Positions 28,109 to 37,515 of a DNA stretch of 64,000 nucleotides are shown piece by piece. The stretch lies in NCBI GenBank assembly GCA_051362555.1, contig CM120644.1, positions 3,480,954 through 3,544,953 of the forward strand. The letters are read 5' to 3'. The first letter of the stretch is position 1. Every line of letters begins with the position of its first letter. The notes below the pieces were generated by a model, which saw only the letters and a program-made list of their open reading frames with translations, searched no databases and had not been told where the DNA came from. The translations under genes were made by a program, and so were the position numbers. This stretch comes from Lingula anatina. Its lineage: Eukaryota; Animalia; Brachiopoda.

Positions 28109-28209
28109 TAAGTTTATTTTATTTTATTTTATTACGTTGCATTACACACCACAAGCAAACTTGCTCTGCATCAAAGCTATTGCAAATTGTAACAACTGAA
28201 TTATTAATA

Positions 28210-28454
28210 ATTATACCACTCGCCCTGGTAGAGGGTACATATTGGCCATCTAACTTTGCCCTTAAATTTGCCCTTTGACTTACTTTTCAGCATGATCTGG
28301 ACTTTGGAAAAATTCCCAATCTCATTTCTGGAAAACTGCAGAGATACTCCTATAGTTACAATTGAACCTGAACAGGAAGTCATATATTGACAGTCTGAAT
28401 TTGACCTTTGACCTACTTTTTAGCATGAACTGGACTTAGCAAATTTCTTATCCT
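28210..28454 (+). mobile_element. Possible Helentron-associated (HINE/DINE-like) fragment, cut by the DIRS element
   Basis: TATACC..CGCC start and two TTTG(A/C)CCTTTGAC..ACTTTT.AGCATGA.CTGGACTT subrepeats. Family assignment is by resemblance only. Confidence 0.4.
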
Positions 28455-29231
28455 TTTATTCTCTTGTACATAATAAATAAATAAAAATCTTTGTTCATTT
28501 AACAATCAGAAAATTTTTAAATGATACATTCATTATTATTATGGCGATTGGGAGTCACTCGATACATTTTGTATTTCATAAATACCTTTGATAAAGAAAA
28601 AATAATACATTAATTAATTAAAATTTATAAATAATTATCTGATTGTTAAAGGTGGGCGATAAAATTAATGCATGCCATGGGAGGGTGGGAGGGATATGAA
28701 AGCGTTATATATAGAAGACGCCACCTTACCTTTTCTTGTTGAACTTTCTGTTTAATATCCGATTTACCTTTCCTTTGTTGTGTCCGCATTGTCCACCCTC
28801 CTTTTATACTTTACCGCCAAATGTTACGTCTGTGCTTTGTCTATAGATATCACGTGACTTCATGTTCGTGTTTTCCCGATGCAGCAGCCGGAATATAATG
28901 TATGCATCGTCGTCTCCATTGTTCAAATTGACACACAAGATAGTACGAGTGACCCCCAAGACCGTATATGTACAGTTCATAAATAAGATTATAATTTCAT
29001 GATAATCTTTAATTTATTCTCTTGTACATAATAAATAAATAATTTTTTTTTTGTTCATTTAACAATCAGAAAAATTTTAAATGATACATTCATTATTATT
29101 ATGGCGATTGGGAGTCACTCGATACATTTTGTATTTCATAAATACCTTTGATAAAGAAAAAATAATACATTAATTAATTAAAATTTATAAATAATTATCT
29201 GATTGTTAAAGGTGGGCGATAAAATTAATGC
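28455..29231 (-). repeat. Split direct repeat terminus (B2 28455-28670, A2 28671-29012, B1 29013-29231)
   Basis: Two nearly identical copies of about 217 bp (TTTATTCTCTTGTACATAAT...GGTGGGCGATAAAATTAATGC) separated by about 340 bp of unique sequence. Confidence 0.93.
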
Positions 29232-29547
29232 CCTAAGAAAACATATTTGTTTTCCCCGCCCACCCAAAAATTTTTTAATTAATATTTTAATTTTTGATAA
29301 TGTTTTATAAATTATTATTATTGATAACTTCTTCTTTTATTTTTGTCAAATTTTGTTTATATATATATAAATCATAATAATTAACATATTTTGTTATCTT
29401 TGTTTATTTACATTATATAAGATGTAATATTATATTCATAAATCGTCTTGTTAATATTCTGACCTAGATATTTACGTATATTCAGTTTTATTCTTTTCTC
29501 ATATTATTTTAATCAAATAAATACTGTTCTCATTACTGGTTGGTCCT

Positions 29548-30400
29548 TTACCGAATGTATCCTTGATATGCTGAGGATCGCCACCGACCCAAAGACTTTA
29601 TCTGATGATCAGCAAGACCCCTCTGTGCTGCTAATGTTGTGCCACCTATTCTAAAACTATGCCCTCTAAATCTTTTTTGATCCAATTTGGATAAAGCAAG
29701 ACATTTATCAAGTATTGAATGAAATTGATTTCTTGTAACTGATGAACCATTTTCATGCATGAAGAAATGTGGGTTGAAACAAATTGTTCGTAATTGAATA
29801 TAAGTTTTCAAAGTTTTTACAGGACATATATTTGGTTGTTGTCTAATTGCTATTTCGTTGTTGGAAATACCATCGAAATGTTTAAATGAGTCCAGTTTGA
29901 TTCTAATGATGTTGTTCTGCGCGTCATACGATACATTTTCTTGTTTTAGCGTATGTATCGAGGGTTTTGCCGTGATTTCACCAATTCTGAATAATCCATA
30001 GAATGCCGTCAAAAACATCGTTTTGTATAGATGAGCTTCATATTTATTTCCACAGAGAATGTCTACATTTTTCAATAAAGTGTGTAATATCAGAAGTGTT
30101 ATTGGTAATTTTTTATCTTTAATTGGAGTTTTGTTTTTTAAACCCAGGATGGTTTGTTTAACTATGTAAGTTAACGTTGGATTTGGCAAGTTATTCATTT
30201 TATATTTATAGCTAAGTGCTCCAAGAAATGTTTTTATAGACGAAAGAGAATACTTTCTGCTTAAAAATTGTACCCATAAGGCTGTGACGAATGGATCTGT
30301 GGGAAATGCCTGTATCCCGGTCGTCTCATAAAATTGTTGAAGTAGCGGTTCAATTTTAAGTAGGTTTTCTTTGTGTTATTCGCGAGAGCAGAATCCAAAG
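29548..30400 (-). pseudogene. Tyrosine recombinase of the DIRS element
   Basis: AFYGLFRIGEI (Arg), CPV, GHSFRIGG (HxxR) and LGRWRSSAYQGYIR (Trp, catalytic Tyr). The N-terminal part upstream of 30198 appears disrupted. Confidence 0.93.
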
Positions 30401-30406
30401 TATTTG

Positions 30407-32122
30407 TCAATTCCGAAGTAAGTTGGGCGGTTGCCATATGCTGGGCACTAGTGACGGCGTTTTCAAAGCCATAGGAGCTGCCATTCGAAAAGCCTGCAAA
30501 TCAAGACGAGATAGCGAGTCAGCTGCATTGTTATATATACCCGAAATATGTACAGATTTATATAAAATGTTATTCTGTAAACATGTTTGAGTTAGTTGAC
30601 GTAGTAATTTCAATATAGTGGTCTCTTTTGTAGTGCCTTTGTTTCAAATATGTACAAGTGCTTCATTATCTGTATGAATGATAACATTTTGATTTTGTAA
30701 TTTTTTCTGCCAAATTAGAAAAGCCACTAATATTGGATACATTTCAAGTATTGCTATATTCATTTTGCGTATTTCGTCTGGCCAGTTACCGTAAAACCAC
30801 GTTTTATCTATAATAGCTCCATATCCAATCAACGATGCATCAGTAAACATATGTAACACATTGTTACTTTTCCAATCATTGTCGTGGAACAAGCCCCTGC
30901 CATTAAAATGGGTCAAAAATTCATTCAAAATTGCAAGATCCTCCCTAGCGTGAATCTAATTCTAAAATGTGGTTTTGTAATGCCAATTGTTAAATCAATC
31001 AGTCTACGTAGAAAAGTCCTACCTGCCGGTATCACATAGCAGGCAAAATTTAAAATACCAATAAGGGATTGTAATTCACGTAATGTAATTTTCTTTTTAT
31101 GCATGTTTTGTTTTATGACGTCCAAACATTTTTTAATTTTTACGGGTGGCAATCTAGCTTCTTTCACTGAATCTAGTTCAATACCTGCAAATGTGATAGT
31201 TGTTGATGGAGCTGTAGTCTTGTCTGGAGCTATTGGGACCCCCATTTCTTCATAGAATTTTATAAAACTTCTCAAGTCTTTTTCACATTCTTTTTTCGTT
31301 TTACCAACAATGAAAAAATCGTCTAACAAATGTGTCATATGGTGTATTCCTTATTTTGATATGGCCACCCACTCTAATGCTGTACTGAATGTTTCGAAAA
31401 TTTTGCAAGAGCATGATAATCCCATGGGTAAAACTTTATCAAAGTATAAATTTCCATTGTATTTAAAACCCAACAAAAAACGATAATCTGGATGAATAGG
31501 CATTATTCGGTATGCATTTTTTATATCCGTTTTTGCCATGAACGCGCCTGTCCCTACATCGCGTACAATATCAATAGCGTCTGACACCGTTGCATATTGT
31601 ACTTTTGAATATTCCTCGGCAATGCCATCATTGACCGAGTGTCCTTCCGGATGAGACAAATGATGTATAAATCTATATTTTCCCGTGGTCTTCTTCGGTA
31701 CTACTCCAATGGGAGATAATTTAAAGTATTTTGCAGGAGGTTTTTTATGTGGACCTGATATTCTTCTAGCGATCAATTCCGACTGAATTTTTTCATCTAA
31801 TGCTTGTGGAAAATCTATTGTTGATTTCAAATTGCTACTAGAATTTTTTTGGCAATGGACCGTTGTATGGGATTTTAAACCCCCTAGTGATGCTTTCTAT
31901 CAAAACTGTTTTAGTATCACAACGGTATTCTTTTAGATATTTCTCAAATACTGTTGGAGAAATTGGTGTGACAATATCTGTTTCTATTTCTAATGTAAAC
32001 TTATTTTCGTCTATTATGCATTGCATTTGATCCTCAAATATTGTTGATCTAGTTTCATCTACGGTAATATCTCGCCCTTTTTGAATAAGGAAATTTGTGA
32101 GGAAATCTTGATCCTGAATCAC
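30407..32122 (-). pseudogene. Reverse transcriptase and RNase H of the DIRS element
   Basis: RT: LSPIGVVPKK, RFIHHLS, DIKNAYR, LPMGLSCS, HLLDDF. RNase H: FTDAS, AILEMYPI, HTDNEA, HISGIYNNAADSLSR. Broken by stops and frameshifts. Confidence 0.95.
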
Positions 32123-33337
32123 GAAATTTGTAGGTATTGATATATTGATCGTTCATCCGTAGACATTGTACCATCGGATGACCGCCGTTACATATCATGC
32201 ATACATGTCTATATCTACATGCTACTTCACTACATAGATTACCCTTGTTCCATCTAAAACATATGCCAATTTTTCTGTGTGTCGTGATGGGGCGACTTAT
32301 AAATCTGATTTCTGCCAATAAAATTCCATTAGGATCTTCCCAATGAAATCCTGGCTGCTGTTGATTTTGCCTAAATTTTTCATCGTACAATTGCCAATTT
32401 GAATCATTCAACATTTGCATTTCCAAAATTCTGTTTTGGTAACTAAACAACGCTCCAGCCTCATTTGGATATTTTTCTACATAAATTTTACTAAAAATGG
32501 AAAACGCTACTTGCCATTGTTGTTTTGACAATATTGTGAACTTTTATTAGCAGGAGCCAGTACTATATGTGAATTTCCTTCATCATCTACAACTTGTTTT
32601 TGAATCAATTGATCTTCATCTCCTTTTTCATTTTCATTAAGGGTGTTGGATGTAATTGGTATCAACGACTTAAAAGAAACATATTCTTTATTCCAATTTT
32701 TTTGTTTAACTGGCTGTGTTACATGTTGAGTGATTGAAGGAAAGAATGACGTACCTGTAGTTTGCGGAATACCCATCTATCCCGCAATCGTGTCATTAAC
32801 TGTGTTGGTCCCTACCATATGTAAATTAGCAGAAACATCTCCTATTCTTTGTGTATCATTTACTTGTGGCGTTGGTTGGTGTACCCCTGGATTTTCCCAG
32901 GTATTTTGTTGCTGTGTGGCTTGTTGTATTGCTTGTTGTGATACAAGAGGATCACCGTTGTAATCATTTGGAAGGGTGAGAACCAAATACTGAGTAGAAG
33001 AATTTTGCTGAACGGGAGATTGTTGATTAGCGTCTGCGTTGGTTGTAACGGTGTGCTGTGCTAGACCCTTGTCTAGCGGTCGCGACGCGTTCTCTCCTGC
33101 CTCCGTGTGGCCCATGCCTTGATGTGCAATTGTGTCTGTTGTATCTACCCTCCATGAAGGCCCTGGGATTTCTCCGTCTTCTTGCTTCCATGACTGATTT
33201 GGAGTTTCTATCAGTAGTTTCCTGATGAATCCTTGATGAGGTGGAGGTATAGATGGAGGTTGACTCATGACCTGAAAAATGTTAGTATTATATGGGTGCC
33301 AGTGACTCCCAGAGCAGAGATAGGCCCTGCCAGCCAA
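32055..33337 (-). pseudogene. gag-like ORF of the DIRS element
   Basis: Gln/Pro-rich N terminus, an in-frame TAG at 32777-32779, WQLYDEKFR, and Cys/His fingers CFRWNKGNLCSEVACRYRHVCMICNGGHPMVQC. Confidence 0.88.
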
Positions 33338-33350
33338 TTAGTATATTATT

Positions 33351-33540
33351 ATGGGCATGAAGCGTCATGCACTTTATATACATATAGTGATACGGGCACG
33401 AAGCGTCATGCACCTCACTTATAATACTGAACAATACGGGCATGAAGCGTCATGCACTTTATATACATAGTGATACGGGCACGAAGCGTCATGCACCTCA
33501 CATATAACACTGATACGGGCATGAAGCGTCATGCACTTTT
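33351..33540. repeat. Five-unit palindromic tandem array GGGCA(T/C)GAAGCGTCATGCAC
   Basis: Units at about 33353, 33394, 33438, 33477 and 33517, with alternating A/B spacers. The core GCATGA-AGCG-TCATGC is self-complementary. Confidence 0.95.
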
Positions 33541-33618
33541 GTAAATATTCATTTGTGCCCATGCACCTTATAATCACATAAAATATTGACACGAAATCTT
33601 AAATAAACAATGCGTATC

Positions 33619-34265
33619 TCATATATATATATGGTGAAGGGGTATATATATAGTAATGTTTATGCCCATGCATATCCACTGATACTTACGGTATATAGGT
33701 GTAGAGAAAATAATAGCACCCCGAATAGATCGCCATAATTTCTTTGTTCCTTTGTCATTCAAATGTGTTCCGTCACTCCTCAAACATTCCCTCCAGCAGT
33801 AATTTATTCTCCGTTGGGTCCAAAAATAAACTCCTCCAAGATCATCTACAGTAGATTGTATGCTATCATTTATCAGCCAAACTTGATCATTATAGTCTTT
33901 TTCCTGTTGGCTGTTGCGTATAAACCGGCTTGTGTTTGACGCAGCACGACGCAATAACTGTCCCCAATATATTTGAATGTTTCGATGACGTTGTTTTATT
34001 GCTAATATGAGAAGTATTATTTTGTCTCGAACTTGTTTTGGTGAAGAGAAGATTTTTATGTTATTTCCTCCTAATTGAAAATATACGAAGTCTTCCTTCT
34101 AAAGCCTCCCAAAAGCACGGATCATTGCCTACAGTTTAGATGGAAGCCCCTCCCCTAGCAAAATATGAAATTCTTGGGCCCCGCAGATTGAAAAAAAAAA
34201 TTTGTTGTCCATTGTAAATCTCTTATAATACTACTTCCCACTATCAAAATATTGCGTGTATCCAT
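33619..34265 (-). pseudogene. SGNH/GDSL hydrolase-like ORF, frameshifted
   Basis: From the ATG at 34265: ILIVGSSII (block I), FARGGA (II), YFQLGGNN (III), and SDGTHLNDKG (V, DxxH) in ORF 33619-33954. At least two frameshifts and one stop. Confidence 0.85.
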
Positions 34266-34306
34266 GAGCTGTAATAAATGTAATATATCTTATTACCATT
34301 ATCGCA

Positions 34307-34404
34307 TGTTGCAATCTTGCTGCAACTGTGAAGTTTACCTATGACCTACTTATTTTTAATAGTAGGTCATAGGTAAACTTCACAGTTGCAGCAAGATTGC
34401 AACA
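34307..34404. repeat. Perfect 44-bp inverted repeat with a 10-nt loop
   Basis: 34307-34350 is the exact reverse complement of 34361-34404. Confidence 0.98.
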
Positions 34405-35056
34405 GTTTGGATGGATATGAAGTGAAGAAGCTAAGTTAAATTTTTTTGCCGATAACGCGTTCAACAAGAGCCGATGTACTTTCTTCTAGAACCCACCCTA
34501 CTAAGGGTTATGAGAGACTAAAACCTGTGATAGGCCTACTACATTTAAAATGATCACTTATCAATAAAACGCACACAAAAAGGATATTACATACAAAACT
34601 TTTCAAATCTTCTCTTTGTTGTTACACAAAAAGTCGTGGAAGTTCTTGAATTTTTTGTAAGTAGAATCCCCGTGTAAAACTTCACAGCTTTTACTTTCTT
34701 TTTCCATAATCTCACGCTTAAAGTCTTTTCTTTCTTTTTAGGCCCCTAGTCTTAAATTTTTTCTTCAGATCTTTATAATGTTTTTTCTCGCATTGTTTAG
34801 CCCCGAGTTCTATTTGCCGATAGTTCGTTATATACGTTGATTAACTAAGCATTTCTGTTTTTTATTAAAGCACCGTTGATCTCCTAATATTATAATTTTT
34901 CTTCCCGCCTTCGAAATGTTCAGCGCAAACGCGGTGCCCTGCTTTTGATCCAAACCTGCTATATTTTCCTTTGTTTGTTGGGAACTTAAACCTCATGTGT
35001 CGATCTTGCTTACTGTTATGGTAGCAGCGGGACAAAAAGCACGTAAACTCAGCCAT
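34405..35056 (-). mobile_element. THAP-domain transposase remnant (ISL2EU/PIF-Harbinger-like), internally deleted
   Basis: MAEFTCFLSRC..FKFP..HRVCAEHFEGG (THAP C2CH), VKFYTG at about 34670-34690, and VERVIG at about 34449-34466 (DDE_Tnp_4-type third-residue motif). Confidence 0.7.
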
Positions 35057-35158
35057 GGTTTTTAGCACCGCTGTAAGTGTTTCGACATAGCAGGACTCCC
35101 CTATCCACAATGCAATTTCCATTTCCGGAAAAGATGAAAAAGGTCTAAAGGCCTACTA

Positions 35159-35261
35159 CTAGCACGGAAATTCATGCGTTAGCACTCCTATTGATGATTC
35201 TGATATGTATTGTCTGTGCTGACCGTCAATAAGAGTGCTAGCGAATGAATTTTCGCGCTAG
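35159..35261. mobile_element. About 100-bp hairpin MITE
   Basis: Imperfect inverted repeat TAGCACGGAAATTCATGCGTTAGCACTCCTATTGA / TCAATAAGAGTGCTAGCGAATGAATTTTCGCGCTA. Confidence 0.6.
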
Positions 35262-36261
35262 CCTACAACCAAATCTATTAAAGGTCATTTCGGTCGATGC
35301 CATTTTGTCTACTTCGACTCACACGAAGCAGCCAAACTGTCGGGTGGCCTGTCCGACCTTCAGCCCACCAAAAATACCTCGACGCGCTTGTCGACCCTTT
35401 TTTTCGCTACAAAAAAACCTGGTATGTGCTGCTTTGGACAAAATATCACTGAAATGTTCCAGGCGATAATCGCAGGCCGCCGCCAGCCTTTCGTATAAGT
35501 GTAAAAAGGTACTATCTCCGTGATTAATATCAATGGCATACCAATCCAAATCGACGGCCTCCGTTCTCTTTATGACTTTAATTGTCGTGTAATTTGAAAG
35601 TAATCCTAGAGATGAATTTGACGGCAAAGCGGATATATTTCCACGTGGCGATAATACGCATGCGCAGAAAGCTCATTTTCCGGCAAATTCAATAAAGACG
35701 TTTGCGGCAACCGTTGCGGTGACTTTTTTTCGGAAAACGAACGAAAATCGGTGCGCGCGAAGGATGTCATCCATAAAAATAAAAAAAGTGTGGCCTTATT
35801 AGTGTTACACCCCATTTCCATAGATTTCTAGATCGATCTATCCCTGTGGGGAGTCACACTTGATTACTGTCAGCTTGGCCGGTGTGAACGGAATGGTAGT
35901 CCTAGTAACGCATGTCCGACCGGACACTAAGTCCTGGGAACGTAAGTCCTAGGTCTAGCGTTGCTAGGAATGGAGGTCCTAGGACATACGTTACTAGGAT
36001 TTAACGTCCGTAGGACAACAATTACCAAGGAATGCATGTCCCACCGCTAGGAATCTTAGTCCGGATGGGACCTGTTATCCTGATTTACACTAGGAATATA
36101 TGTCCACTCCCATTTTTCTCTCGCACTTCAAGTGAGTGATAGATAGATAATATTACCATTACTTTAAAAAATATTTCACCTAAACAAATACAATGGAATA
36201 AAAATATGTATATGAAGAATAACACTTGTTACATTTTCATATATTTATTTCAGTTCTTTTA

Positions 36262-37515
36262 TTTATTCATCTGCAACATAAACTTTCAAATTTGCCCTGT
36301 TTACTGCGCCTTTCAGTGTGCACCCGCCTTCAATTTGGAGGATGTAAGCTCCAGATTTGGATATCCCCTTCACAACGTAGGCCCCAGCCAGGGGTTTCCT
36401 TGTTTTCCCCCCTTTCTGTCACTCCTTCGTAAACTTCTTTTAAACACTTTTGTTCACACGGTAAGTACCTGTAAAATTAATTTAGATACCGTAAGTTGTC
36501 TTGATTACCATCCTCCATGCCTCAGGCTTGTTCACGGGAATAGGTTTAAGCGGTGGAGAGCCGTTGTTGCTCTTTTTGTTGACACGCTGACATTTGTCAC
36601 ATTTTAAAATGAACTTTCTGATGTCGTCTACCATGTTTGGCCAATAATATCTCTGTTCAACCTTGGCCAGTATCTTATCTCGTCCTGGGTGATCACCTTA
36701 AATTCAAAAACAAGGAAATTAATACATCGCATTTTATAGACACTTCACGTTTTTCAATGTCTGGAATTACGTCACACAATTAAATAAAGCAACGTATGTA
36801 TACGAATACGAAATTCTTTAAATACATACTTACCAAGCGGTGATGTATGCAGAGTATCCAATTTTTTTTAAGTTCTCTCCTGTTTCTTACAACTTTTCGC
36901 CATACTTCACCAACACCATTATCATTATTATCGTTATGCCCTGCATCTGCTACGTCCCTCACTTTCCTCTTACTAACTCTGTAATAGAGCTTGCCTTGTT
37001 CAATCTGAAATAAGCATTACAATATGCATATATGTGTACTCATGATGTTTTAATGAATTATTGACCAAGACTACTGTTATTTTGTCCGAGTTTAAAACCG
37101 AGAAAAGGAATCGTAAGCATCTGTCCCTGGACCTAAATTCCCAGAAATGGTAGTCCCCGGACCTAAAATCCTAGAAATGGTAGTCCTCTGGACCTAAAAT
37201 CCCAGAAATGGTAGTCCCCCGGGCATAAATACCCATGAAATAGTAATCACCTGCAGGGCATTTATTCAAGGAACATAGGTCCATTGGACACACATCCCTG
37301 GAATTGTATATCTGCGTATAACGTGGTGTGACCTCTAATAATATTGCTATTTAACATCATGAAAATTGAAAGTTTACTTTACAATTACACTTGCTTGTTC
37401 TCCGAATAACTCTTTTCTGTGTTGGTGTTGTCTCGATAGGATACGTGCCCTCCTGAAGATATTGGAAAATAACTTCAACTTCGGGCCTGGTCCGGATGCT
37501 GCTTGTTCCTTCCAT
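36262..37515 (-). pseudogene. Spliced Gypsy-like integrase of Ginger1 lacking the DDE core
   Basis: Exon 37515-37378 reads IFQYLQEGTYP..KRVIRR. Exon 37004-36834 reads GKLYY..LHTSPL with one frameshift in an A8 run. The exon from 36696 to about 36510 reads GDHPGRDK..RYYWPNM..CDKCQ..PLKPIPV. A GPY module RKGGK..WLGPY..VNRANLKVY follows directly. GT-AG introns are in compatible phases. Confidence 0.85.
37126..37225. repeat. About 31-bp tandem repeat x3 in Ginger1 intron 1
   Basis: GGACCTAAA(A/T)TCC(C/T)AGAAATGGTAGTCC repeated; related to the TIR-proximal motif. Confidence 0.9.

Larger units (their letters stand above)
28455..34306 (-). mobile_element. DIRS-order tyrosine-recombinase retrotransposon (Ngaro-like, split direct repeats), decayed
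   Basis: gag, RT, RNase H and YR lie in order on the minus strand. The 3' end is B1-A2-B2, with direct repeats at 29013-29231 and 28455-28670. No 5' A1 copy was found. Confidence 0.93.

Noticed and set aside
29548-30198. Phage integrase or bacterial contamination
   Set aside because: The recombinase follows gag-RT-RNase H with split direct repeats, the standard DIRS-order layout.
33351-33540. CRISPR-like appearance (palindromic repeats with spacers of about 20 bp)
   Set aside because: The spacers alternate between two sequences instead of being unique, there are no cas genes, and the context is a eukaryotic retroelement.
35245-36607. Overlapping short ORFs on both strands, e.g. 36206-36607 +
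   Set aside because: They are antisense shadows of the Ginger GPY segment or chance ORFs in GC-richer TE DNA.
36500-36700. Gypsy LTR retrotransposon
   Set aside because: No RT, gag or LTRs; TIRs, the CCGG TSD and introns indicate Ginger1.
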